Shown: in pieces, positions 15,379 to 24,083 of the stretch
How the letters are laid out: each line of letters begins with the position of its first letter
How positions within the stretch are numbered: the stretch's first letter is position 1
Assembly: GCA_963845085.1 (NCBI GenBank)
Contig: CAWJQI010000001.1
Span: 288,001-352,000, forward strand
Reading direction: 5' to 3'
Source: Candidatus Fermentibacterota bacterium
GTDB lineage: Bacteria > Fermentibacterota > Fermentibacteria > Fermentibacterales > JCC-6
Length of the DNA: 64,000 nucleotides
Notes under the pieces: generated by a model
Database searches by the model: none
The model's input: the letters and a program-made list of their open reading frames with translations, nothing else
What the model was told of the DNA's origin: nothing
Translations under genes and position numbers: made by a program

Positions 15379-16548
15379 TCACACCCTCCTGGAGATGAAA
15401 TCGCGGAGGCGCTTCACACCTTTCTGAATATCGCTGTTCGATGCGGCAAAGGAAAGCCTGATGTACCCCTCTGATCCAAAGGCGCTTCCCGGTATGACGG
15501 CAAGGCCCTCCTCCTCCAGTAGACTAATACAGAAGGATGCGGTGTCAAGTTTTCCAAGGGATGGTTCAAGGTTCACGAACACATAGAATGCACCGAGCGG
15601 TTCGGGGAAGACGAGTTTCTCATCCTGTCCGAGAAGCGAGCACATGAGGTCGCGGCGCTGATGGAAGGATTCAAGCATGGTGAGCCTGTCCTGCTCGGCC
15701 CTTCCCTCGACCACGGCAACCGCCCCGTACTGGCACATCGTCGGTGCGTTGGATGTGGTATGGGACTGCACCCTGCCGGCCAAGGCTATCCATGCGGGAT
15801 CGGCCAGTGCGAACCCTATGCGCCAGCCGGTCATGCTCCAGGTCTTTGAGACACCTGTGACAACGGCAAGCCGTGGCGCGATGTCGGGCCTCGCCCTGAG
15901 CAGGTGGGGCACGACTCCTTCACCGTAGTAGAGGAATTCGTAGATGTCGTCGGAGATCACCCACATGCCTGAATCGGCAATCGCATCGGCGATCTGGGCA
16001 ATCTCGTCTTCGCTGTGAACCCTTCCGGTCGGGTTGTTGGGGGAGTTGAACACAAGGCCTGTCGCGCCTTCTGATGCAGCTTTTCTCACATCGTCCGCTG
16101 TAAGGTGGTGCCCCTCCCCCGCCACGGGAACACCGCCCAGACGCTTCACCATTTCAGGGTAGCTCACCCACCAGGGGCGCGGGATGAGAACGCGGTCGCC
16201 ATCCCTGATCACGGCTTCCATGAGGTTGGCGATGCTGTGCTTTGCGCCGCACGAAACGAGCACCCGTGCAGGGTCTGCAGGCATTCCGTGAAGGGCGCCC
16301 CACTTCTCGGCAACAGCCCTGCGCAGCTCGGGAAGCCCGGCGTTTGCCGTGTAACCGGTCCTTCCATCACGCATGGCCTTCTCGGCGGCTTCGATGGCCG
16401 CCGGGGGGGACGGGAAATCCGGCTGACCCGCGGAAAGTGAAACGATGTCACGGCCGGCGGCTTTGAGCTCCGCTGCCTTGGCGGTTATCTGAAGTGTCGC
16501 GGAACCGAGAAGGGATTCCGCCCTTGGGGCAAACCTGATGTCAGCCAT
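15379..16548 (-). CDS. PLP-dependent class I/II aminotransferase (aspartate aminotransferase-like)
   Basis: GQPDF, NSPNNPTG, SDDIY, GVSKTWSMTGWRIG, IRLSFA. Confidence 0.93.
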   Translation of the reverse strand: MADIRFAPRAESLLGSATLQITAKAAELKAAGRDIVSLSAGQPDFPSPPAAIEAAEKAMRDGRTGYTANAGLPELRRAVAEKWGALHGMPADPARVLVSCGAKHSIANLMEAVIRDGDRVLIPRPWWVSYPEMVKRLGGVPVAGEGHHLTADDVRKAASEGATGLVFNSPNNPTGRVHSEDEIAQIADAIADSGMWVISDDIYEFLYYGEGVVPHLLRARPDIAPRLAVVTGVSKTWSMTGWRIGFALADPAWIALAGRVQSHTTSNAPTMCQYGAVAVVEGRAEQDRLTMLESFHQRRDLMCSLLGQDEKLVFPEPLGAFYVFVNLEPSLGKLDTASFCISLLEEEGLAVIPGSAFGSEGYIRLSFAASNSDIQKGVKRLRDFISRRV

Positions 16549-17029
16549 TCTTTCCACGCTCCTCCAGTGCCTTGCGGACGCAGGGCAGTACAAGGCTTGA
16601 AATGTCTCCGCCGTGCCTGGCAATTTCCTTGACCAGTGTTGACGAAAGGTAGATGTTGCTCTCCGATGGCATCATGTACACGCCTGTGATCTCCGGGGAA
16701 AACCGCCTGTTCATGAGCTGAAGCTGGAATTCGTACTCAAAGTCTGACATGGCCCGGAGACCCCTGATGAAGACCGTCGAGCCGATCTCACGCATGTGGT
16801 TCACCAGCAGCCCCCGGAAGGAAGCCACTGTAATGCTGCCGGGCAGCCCGGCTTCCTCGATCGAGCACCTGACAAGCTCAACCCTCTGTGCGGTGGTGAA
16901 CAGCGTCTGTTTCGGCGTGGAGTCGGCCACCCCGACATGAAGGCTGCCGAATACGGAGACAGCCCTTTTTATTATGTCGATGTGCCCCAGAGTGATGGGA
17001 TCGAAGGTGCCGGGGTAGAGCACTTTCAT
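16541..17029 (-). CDS. coaD: Pantetheine-phosphate adenylyltransferase
   Basis: YPGTFDPITLGHIDII, RGLRAMSDFEYE, LSSTLVKEIA. Confidence 0.97.
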   Translation of the reverse strand: MKVLYPGTFDPITLGHIDIIKRAVSVFGSLHVGVADSTPKQTLFTTAQRVELVRCSIEEAGLPGSITVASFRGLLVNHMREIGSTVFIRGLRAMSDFEYEFQLQLMNRRFSPEITGVYMMPSESNIYLSSTLVKEIARHGGDISSLVLPCVRKALEERGKNG

Positions 17030-17039
17030 GCCGCCCCGG

Positions 17040-17558
17040 TCACACTCTGGTGATGAACAGCCAGGAACTTCCATACCTTCTCTTCTCCCATCCGGGCAGT
17101 GCCTGCGATGATCCGGATTCGGCCATGATCACCGCTCCCGGGGCGGCCAGTTCACCCCAGGGAACCGACCCGATCCAGGAATATATGCCCGATTCCCTGT
17201 AGGGAGGGTCAATGAAAACCACATCGGGAGGCCCGGACAGACCGGTCAGATCACCTGGAAGGGTTTTCCGCACAAGCTCGGCCTTAAAGGCGGAGTTGCG
17301 GTCCTTCAGAAACTGGTGGATCGAATGAAGGTTCCCCTGGCTCGAGTCGACGAAAACGCTCTTTGAGGCGCCGCAGCTCAGGGCTTCGAGACCGAATGCG
17401 CCCGTCCCGCAGAAAAGGTCCCAGAACAGGGACCCCTCAAGATCTCCCCCCAGAATGCTGAAAACCGCCTCCCTCATCCTCGATGAGGTGGGGCGAACTC
17501 CGGAAGGGCATGGGCGGAGGACATGGCCTTTCCATGTCCCCCGCCCGATTCTCGTCAA
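17040..17558 (-). CDS. rsmD: 16S rRNA m2G966 methyltransferase
   Basis: VRPTSSRMREAVF, DLFCGTGAFGLEALS, FIDPPY; canonical adjacency to coaD. Confidence 0.92.
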   Translation of the reverse strand: MTRIGRGTWKGHVLRPCPSGVRPTSSRMREAVFSILGGDLEGSLFWDLFCGTGAFGLEALSCGASKSVFVDSSQGNLHSIHQFLKDRNSAFKAELVRKTLPGDLTGLSGPPDVVFIDPPYRESGIYSWIGSVPWGELAAPGAVIMAESGSSQALPGWEKRRYGSSWLFITRV

Positions 17559-17568
17559 CGTCTCCCGC

Positions 17569-19317
17569 CTAGTAGGGCCTGATGATGTGCGGGGTTACGA
17601 ATATCACAAGCTCGGTGCTGTCCACGTTGTCGGAGGAGTAGCTGAACAGAAGGTCACCGAGGAAGGGTATGTGGCCAAGGATGGGAACCCTTCTCCGAAC
17701 CGTGGTGGTCTTGCTTCTCATGATGCCGCCGATGACCGCTGTGGCGCCGTCGTCGATCATGAGCGTGGTGTTCGCCTCCTGGGTGAGGATGATGGGCTGG
17801 TCGGATGCCGTGGACTCACCGGAAAGGTCGCTCACCACCGGCCTGAGCTCAAGGGTCACATTGTTGTTGGCGTTGATGTGCGGCGTCACCTCGAGGCTCA
17901 CGCCAACGCTGTAGAGCTGCACGTAGGTGTTGCCGGAGGCGTCCATCAGGGTGAGTGGCACCTGCTTGCCGCTCATCACAAACCCGGTCATGTTGTCGCA
18001 GATGGCTATCCGGGGTTCGGACAGGATGTGCGCCATGTTCTCCGACTCGAGGTAACTGAGAGTCGCCTCGATGTTGAACATGTCCGTGACGGTTCCGAAT
18101 GCGATGTTGCCGGTCGGGTCGCCGACCGAGAGATCGGTGTTCATTCCGGCCCTCGTGAGCTGGTCGCTGCGGGTGAGGTTGCCTATCGACCAGTCAATGC
18201 CGAATTCGCGGCGAACCGTTGCATCGATCTCGACAAGCTTGGCTTCGATCATCACCTGCGCGGTCGGGCTGTCGAGAATGGGCAGCATGCGCCCTATCTC
18301 ATTCAGCTTCCTGGGGATGTCGGTGACGATGAGCGAGTTTGTGCGGTTGTCGACGCTGATCTCGCCCCGGCTCGAAAGAACGCCCTGGGTTGCGGCCTGA
18401 ATATCCTCCGCCTTGGCGTAACGGATGATGAACACCTCGGTGTGAAGGTCCTGCAGGTTTTCCCGCTGGGCCTGGGTGCTCGCCATTTCGTTCACCTGGG
18501 AATAGAAGTCAGAACGAAGGGCAACCCTGAGCGTGTTGTGACCGCTCTGGGTGGCCACGAGGTCCTGGCTTGCGAGGATGGCCGTAAGGGCGTCGCACCA
18601 GCCGACGTTGCGAAGCCTTGCGGTAACCGTTCCCTGGTACGTCTCCGGGATGATGATGTTCATGCCGCTGACGTCGCTTATCGAGCGCATGACGGTTCTG
18701 ATGTCAGCCTCGACCACATCGATCGTTATGCGGCGTCCGCCCGTGCCGCTCCAGGTTACCGGGAAGCCGTCCTCGACCTGGCGGCCGGGTTCGGAGACCC
18801 TGACCCCGGATACCGATCCGGTCATGGATGAAGTCGTGCTGCCGCCCACCGGCGTAGAAAGGGGAGGAACGCTCCCACCGGTGACGACCGGTCCAACCGT
18901 CTGGGAAGTGGCCGACCATGCGGTAAATGGAGTGCCCGCGGGGTCGGTGAACAGGGTGAGCACGAGGCGGTTGCCATCCTGGAGGTCGGTGCTGTAGTTG
19001 AGCAGCTCGCCGTTCACGTCGACGATGACCCTGACTATTCCCTCCGGTGGAGCCTTGTACTGGCTGGTGCGGATGGCACCCACACCACCCCTGTCAACCG
19101 CGAAATCGGTCGAGGGAAGTGCGTGAACCGCATCGCCGAGGTCGATCACCACCCTCATGGGGTCAGTGAGCAGGAACTTCTCATAGGTGATGGCGCCGTC
19201 GGTGACGATCGTCACCTGGGTTCTGTCACCGCTGGGAACAACTGAAATGTCTGTCACCCTGTAGGCCATCAATGGAACCCACAGGAGCAATAGAAGCAAA
19301 GGGCTGATTCTTCGCAT
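17569..19317 (-). CDS. pilQ: Type IV pilus secretin with AMIN domain
   Basis: PMRVVIDL (AMIN), DNRTNSLIVTD, QVMIEAKLVE, LEVTPHI, VPILGHIPFLG, ELVIFVTPHII. Confidence 0.93.
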   Translation of the reverse strand: MRRISPLLLLLLWVPLMAYRVTDISVVPSGDRTQVTIVTDGAITYEKFLLTDPMRVVIDLGDAVHALPSTDFAVDRGGVGAIRTSQYKAPPEGIVRVIVDVNGELLNYSTDLQDGNRLVLTLFTDPAGTPFTAWSATSQTVGPVVTGGSVPPLSTPVGGSTTSSMTGSVSGVRVSEPGRQVEDGFPVTWSGTGGRRITIDVVEADIRTVMRSISDVSGMNIIIPETYQGTVTARLRNVGWCDALTAILASQDLVATQSGHNTLRVALRSDFYSQVNEMASTQAQRENLQDLHTEVFIIRYAKAEDIQAATQGVLSSRGEISVDNRTNSLIVTDIPRKLNEIGRMLPILDSPTAQVMIEAKLVEIDATVRREFGIDWSIGNLTRSDQLTRAGMNTDLSVGDPTGNIAFGTVTDMFNIEATLSYLESENMAHILSEPRIAICDNMTGFVMSGKQVPLTLMDASGNTYVQLYSVGVSLEVTPHINANNNVTLELRPVVSDLSGESTASDQPIILTQEANTTLMIDDGATAVIGGIMRSKTTTVRRRVPILGHIPFLGDLLFSYSSDNVDSTELVIFVTPHIIRPY

Positions 19318-20702
19318 CAGAAACCACCTTCTTCATGCAGCCGCATCGAATAGATGGTCGGGATGGACGTTACGGCCCCGCCCTCCACCGACGACCCGAC
19401 TGTTACTTCCTGTACGACTATGACCTCATTGCTCGTGATCTCCGCAATGTGGGTGTTGTTGGCCAGCATGGTGCCCGCCTGGAGGATGTAGGCAACCCCG
19501 TTGGCATCCTCGACCATCGCCTGATCCCCGCCGGACGGATCCAGTGTGATACCCACCAGATGAAGCTCCTCGATGCTCAGATCGGCCAGAGGCCGTCTGA
19601 GATCACGCCTCGAGGCGGGAAACTCGGTGAATGGATCCGGCCTGCTGGAAACGGATTCGTAGATCCTGAACACCCCGCTTATGGAAACGCTTGAAGATGA
19701 TACTCCGGAAACCCCCGCAGCCGTCTGCCCGCCGGTCTGCCCGGCAAGGCTGCACTCAATCCTGGCGAGATCGTAGGTGGGCAGGCTTGTCTCGACCTGG
19801 TCAAGCTCGCTCCAGACGGATAGACCGGAGTCAGTGAGGAGCCATATCGGAGCTGTGCCGCTGGCGCAGATCTCCCTTGGTTTCTCCGAGAAATCGCGTG
19901 CGAGCAGTTCGCCGTCGTCAAGCGAGACGACGCCTGCGTTGTTCATCACGAGCCCTGAAGCGTGGAGGCTTCCCGGGCAGTGGATGGCCCACTCACCAGG
20001 GGCGGTTCTGAGATAAACGGTCGAGCCGTCACCCGCGAACAACCCCTCTTCGCCCCGGGCGATGACAGTGGTTCCCTCGGGAAGGGTTTCAGTTCTGTTG
20101 AGCCCCACGGAGGTATCGAGCAGTGAGAGGGTTCCGTCGGTATTGATCCAGGCCCAGTCCTCACCGTACCTGATCAGCCCGCCCGAAGGTTCGACCCCCG
20201 AAGATGGCAGGGGCTCGGCGGATTCGGTGTGCGGATTGACAAGGATTGAACCGTCCTGGAAGAGAACTACCAGTTCATCCCCGCTTGCCGCGATGTCGAG
20301 GGGGACGGAGGCGTGCTCGTAGGGGTGCGCTTCTGCAGCCCCCTCGGAAACGATGATCACTTCGTCCGGTGTCAGCAGGACGGGCTCACCGTTCAGAAGG
20401 GCGATGTCGAAGGCATCTTCGGCTCCCTCGATCCAGGCCGGATTCCAGACGCCGGTCTCCCTCGACCAGACAAGAAGCAAACCGGAGGCGCCCAGCAGAT
20501 GCACACCGTTTTGATCCGCCTGCATTGCCGTGACCGGCCCCGGTGTTTCCACGGAGAGCCAGCCGGCGACAGCATCCGGCTGCACGATCGTGATCGCGCC
20601 GCCCGAGGTGTCAGTTCTTTCCGACTCTCCCCCGGAGCCGCAGGCCGGCGCAAGGAGAAGGAGGGTGACCGCAGCCGCAAGAACCGTAACGGTCTTCAGC
20701 AT
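19317..20702 (-). CDS. Large lipoprotein with C-terminal PilP-like domain
   Basis: Lipobox LAPAC; C-terminal RPDPF...PL....IEELHLVGI...AMVED..G..Y.L..G; lies between pilO and pilQ. Confidence 0.75.
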   Translation of the reverse strand: MLKTVTVLAAAVTLLLLAPACGSGGESERTDTSGGAITIVQPDAVAGWLSVETPGPVTAMQADQNGVHLLGASGLLLVWSRETGVWNPAWIEGAEDAFDIALLNGEPVLLTPDEVIIVSEGAAEAHPYEHASVPLDIAASGDELVVLFQDGSILVNPHTESAEPLPSSGVEPSGGLIRYGEDWAWINTDGTLSLLDTSVGLNRTETLPEGTTVIARGEEGLFAGDGSTVYLRTAPGEWAIHCPGSLHASGLVMNNAGVVSLDDGELLARDFSEKPREICASGTAPIWLLTDSGLSVWSELDQVETSLPTYDLARIECSLAGQTGGQTAAGVSGVSSSSVSISGVFRIYESVSSRPDPFTEFPASRRDLRRPLADLSIEELHLVGITLDPSGGDQAMVEDANGVAYILQAGTMLANNTHIAEITSNEVIVVQEVTVGSSVEGGAVTSIPTIYSMRLHEEGGF

Positions 20703-20724
20703 GATTTCCTTACCTCCTTCCCGT

Positions 20725-21282
20725 TCAGGGCTGTACGAAGGCGCTGAAGGTGAACGACGCCTCGATGTTGTCGAACTTGCCCTCGGCGGCCTTCTGCTGG
20801 TGGATCTCAAGGTTTGATACAGCGCTCATCAGCATTTCCTGGGTGAGCTGGTCGAGGAAAACGCCCAGCCTGTGGAAGCGGCCGGTGAGCCTGACCTGCC
20901 AGTCATAGATAACGTACTCGCCCTCGGTGACGTACTGCATCGGAGTGAGGGACACAATGGAGAGACCGCTTCTCGCGGCCCCCTCCGTCAGCATCCCCAT
21001 CACCGCTTCCTGGTCGTAGACCCTGGGAAGCAGCCGGTCGAGGGTGTTCAGTTCCTGAGTGTACATCTCGATTCTCTGCGCCATCACAGCAAGGTCCTCG
21101 GAGGTTCTGCTTCTGAGGCTCTGATGCTCGATCCTCCGCATGTCGAGATTCTGCTGCTCGACGGCGATCTCCCCCTGAAGGCCCTTGGCGAGGAACATGA
21201 AGTAGCCGAGCAAAATGGCTGCGAGGAGGAGTATTCCCACGATGAACCTCAGGACCCGCGCATCGCGAAAGTCTATCGCCAT
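20725..21282 (-). CDS. pilO: Type IV pilus assembly protein PilO
   Basis: N-terminal TM, coiled coil, RLLP, SGL, GRFHRLGVFLDQL; operon position. Confidence 0.85.
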   Translation of the reverse strand: MAIDFRDARVLRFIVGILLLAAILLGYFMFLAKGLQGEIAVEQQNLDMRRIEHQSLRSRTSEDLAVMAQRIEMYTQELNTLDRLLPRVYDQEAVMGMLTEGAARSGLSIVSLTPMQYVTEGEYVIYDWQVRLTGRFHRLGVFLDQLTQEMLMSAVSNLEIHQQKAAEGKFDNIEASFTFSAFVQP

Positions 21283-21326
21283 GGTGAATCCTTTCCGTGA
21301 GTGCAAGCGCCCAGGTTCAGGTGCAT

Positions 21327-21773
21327 CTACTCACCGCCCCCGCCCGAGGGTGGTTTGAACGCTGTGACGGGCACATCCCACACCGTGAGTGTATCGCCTG
21401 CCGTGATGGTGAACGGGTCCTCATCAAAGCTGCGGTATTCGTATTCCATGCCCATGGCGTACGCCATCAGTCCCACGCGACCCGTTCCGGTGAAGCCGAA
21501 CCCTTCAACGCCCTCACCGCTCGTGCCGGGGTAGAAGGGCACTTCAAGGAAAAAGTATCCATCGGCGTTGGTGACTGCGGAGACCGTGGGCATGACCACG
21601 CTGTCGGGATCCACCTGAACCACGACCGTGGCGCCCTCGTAGGGCTCCGTCATGGTCGAGTCGGTGTAGATCCGGCCCGTGATGTAGGCCTTGGTCTCAC
21701 TGGTGCCGAAGGGATCGCAGCCGGCAAGTAGAACCGCTGCGATCACGACGAAGAACAACATCTTTCTTTTCAT
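21327..21773 (-). CDS. Hypothetical lipoprotein (transthyretin/carboxypeptidase-regulatory-like) inside the pil operon
   Basis: AGGAG RBS, lipobox LLAGC, ITGRIY...GATVVV...TNADGYF. Confidence 0.8.
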   Translation of the reverse strand: MKRKMLFFVVIAAVLLAGCDPFGTSETKAYITGRIYTDSTMTEPYEGATVVVQVDPDSVVMPTVSAVTNADGYFFLEVPFYPGTSGEGVEGFGFTGTGRVGLMAYAMGMEYEYRSFDEDPFTITAGDTLTVWDVPVTAFKPPSGGGGE

Positions 21774-21783
21774 GACTCCTCCG

Positions 21784-23529
21784 TCACATTCCGGCGTAGT
21801 CGCCCACCAGAGGTTCAAGGGACGACAGGTTTATTACAACACTCATTGAGAAACGATATCTTGTCTCATTGCCCGCCCCCTCGCCGGATCCGTCGAGGAC
21901 AGGCGCAACATCGTAGCTTTGACCGAAGTCGCCGGTTTGGAAAAGAGTCTGCGTTCCATCGGGCGCGATTTCGGAAAGCCGGCGCTGGAATTCGATGATG
22001 TCACCCCAGGAGCGCGCGATTCCGGTGATCTGGAGGTCGGTGCCCATGAGAGTGAGGTCGGTCAGGTAGATGTTCTTCCCCGTCTCCTCGGCAAGCTCAG
22101 ACTGCTGGGGGTACAACGCCCTGCAGAGGTACTCGAGAACGTACACCGTGCTTTTCTGCTTCAGCGAGAGGCTCGCGATCGCCGCACGCTTCGCGTTCAC
22201 GGTCTGCTCAAGGTCGGTGACCTCCTGCTGTCTGGAGAGCTGCTCCTGCATCTGGGCGATCTCGGCGTCGACCGTGGCTATTTCCTCCCTGATGCTGTCC
22301 CGGGTTTTCTGCAGATGCATGTAGTGAAGCCCGAGCAGCACAACGGTGACGAGAACGAGACCGAGGGGCAGCCAGCTGACGACCGCAGCGAGAGGCGAGG
22401 CTTCGGCAGCGGCCGCAGAGCTCTTGGCCTTCTGCTTCTCCTCCTCGGGGAGGATGTTGATGTCCATGTCGCCCGGAACGAATCCCCTCAGGGCGAGACC
22501 GGTGGCGACGGAAAGGAGCGCGTCGAGCCCGGGCTGCTCTTCCTCGGATACAAGCCCCGGTTCGACCTGGATGCTCTTGAACGGGCTGAACCTCTCAACG
22601 GGAAGGCCGTGCTGCTCCGAGAGTATTGCAGCCAGATCAGGCATGAGCGAGCACCCGCCGCTTATGTACATCTTGTCGATCCTGGTGCTCTCACCGGAGG
22701 CCTGGAAGCTGATGAACGACCTTCTGACGCTTGTAGAGAGTTCCTGGACAACGCTGCTGACAGCGTTCTTCACGTCTTCGGCGCTCACTCCCTCCGGAAG
22801 GTTGCCCCTGAGGACTCCCTCCGCGGTTTCGTAGTCGAAGCCGAGGAACCTCTGGACGGCCTCGACAAACCGTGTTCCCCCGATCGCGAGGTCACGGTTG
22901 AAACTGGGCACCCCGCTCTTCGCTATGACCAGGTTCGTGTTGTCGGCGCCGATGTTGAGGATGGTTACGCATTCATCTTCCGATGGGTTGTAGGCGTACT
23001 GGTAAGCCCTGAGGAGGGCGAACTGCTCGAGGTCCACACTTGCCGTTCGAAGGCCGGCCGCCTGTATGAGGCCCCGGTGGAGGTGAATGACCTCCTTCTT
23101 CGCCGCGACGAGCAGGACTTCCATCTGGCCGGGCCCGGCCTCTTCGTTGATGATCTTGAAGTCAATGCTGACCTCGTCCACCCTGAAGGGGATGTGCTGC
23201 TCGGCCTCCCAGTGGATGGCCTGCCTGGCCTGGGCTTCGGTCATCTTTTCCATGGGAATGCGCCGCACGATGACGCTTCTGCCGGAGACCGCGGAATTCA
23301 CCGCTTTGGGCTTTATGCCCGCCTTGGTGATGGCGTCCCCGATCGAGGAAACCAGATGGTCCCTGTTGACCACTTCACCGTCGACCACGGTGCCGGGAGC
23401 GAGTTCCACTACCGCATACCTGCTGAGCTTCATTGTTTTGCCGGACCGCGTGAGCTCAACAACCTTGACGGAGTGACTACCGATATCGAGGCCGACGGTG
23501 GTTTTTCCCGAACCTCCCAAGATCAGCAT
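21784..23529 (-). CDS. pilM: PilM-PilN fusion protein
   Basis: VGLDIGSHSVK, WEAEQHIPF, VLLVAAKKE, LNIGA, VATGLALR, then in frame DINILP + TM + coiled coil + YLTDL...ITGIA (PilN-like). Confidence 0.88.
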   Translation of the reverse strand: MLILGGSGKTTVGLDIGSHSVKVVELTRSGKTMKLSRYAVVELAPGTVVDGEVVNRDHLVSSIGDAITKAGIKPKAVNSAVSGRSVIVRRIPMEKMTEAQARQAIHWEAEQHIPFRVDEVSIDFKIINEEAGPGQMEVLLVAAKKEVIHLHRGLIQAAGLRTASVDLEQFALLRAYQYAYNPSEDECVTILNIGADNTNLVIAKSGVPSFNRDLAIGGTRFVEAVQRFLGFDYETAEGVLRGNLPEGVSAEDVKNAVSSVVQELSTSVRRSFISFQASGESTRIDKMYISGGCSLMPDLAAILSEQHGLPVERFSPFKSIQVEPGLVSEEEQPGLDALLSVATGLALRGFVPGDMDINILPEEEKQKAKSSAAAAEASPLAAVVSWLPLGLVLVTVVLLGLHYMHLQKTRDSIREEIATVDAEIAQMQEQLSRQQEVTDLEQTVNAKRAAIASLSLKQKSTVYVLEYLCRALYPQQSELAEETGKNIYLTDLTLMGTDLQITGIARSWGDIIEFQRRLSEIAPDGTQTLFQTGDFGQSYDVAPVLDGSGEGAGNETRYRFSMSVVINLSSLEPLVGDYAGM

Positions 23530-23618
23530 CTTCTCCCTCCCGGGAACCGATCCGGACCCTGCCGGATCCATTAACGGCCGCAAGATGTTTGCGACACATT
23601 TACAATAACTCCAGCCGG

Positions 23619-23712
23619 AGTTTAGCACATCAAAAACCCAGCGTCAATACCCCAATTTCATAAGTGTCGAATTTCATATTTCCCTTGACACGCAACCACC
23701 ATTCCGTATCTT
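23619..23712. promoter_or_regulatory. Divergent promoters (pil operon / RHH-like gene)
   Basis: Minus: TTGACG-17-TAAACT (23647-23619). Plus: TTGACA-16-TATCTT (23685-23712). Confidence 0.6.
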
Positions 23713-23731
23713 TCCCGCACGGGAGGCTGAA

Positions 23732-24043
23732 ATGGCAAAAACTGACGGTAACGGCCCTGTTGTGAGGTTCAACGACATCGAGATCCACAGCGAACCATCG
23801 GTACGGCTCACGGTGCCTGTAAGACCGGACCAGGAAGAGGTGCTCTCAAGGATGGTGCGCTCCATCTCGCAGAACCGTTCAAGGCAGAACCGCAGCCAGC
23901 GCATTACAAAAGCAACCCTGATGAGGGCTTACATTGATGCACTGGCGTCGCTGTCCGTTGATCTGGAAGAAATACCCGACGAGGCAACACTGCTGGACAG
24001 GCTTCTTGAAGCCATGCACCAACGACCTCGGTCACTGACCTGA
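23732..24043 (+). CDS. Small ribbon-helix-helix-like putative DNA-binding protein
   Basis: GGAGG RBS; RLTVPVRPDQ strand followed by helices with RITKATLMRAYID. Confidence 0.6.
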   Translation: MAKTDGNGPVVRFNDIEIHSEPSVRLTVPVRPDQEEVLSRMVRSISQNRSRQNRSQRITKATLMRAYIDALASLSVDLEEIPDEATLLDRLLEAMHQRPRSLT

Positions 24044-24063
24044 CAACAAGCATCACCCAATCG

Positions 24064-24083
24064 CCGCAAATTGTTGCGGTTTT
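24064..24083 (+). terminator. Possible short intrinsic terminator
   Basis: CCGCAA-attg-TTGCGG then TTTT. Confidence 0.4.

Noticed and set aside
21919..23574. Long antisense ORFs (also 750-1877, 10997-12133, 17455-18831, 52399-53739, 54192-55562, 59825-61120)
   Set aside because: They shadow well-supported genes on the opposite strand, as expected from high-GC codon bias, and show no motifs.
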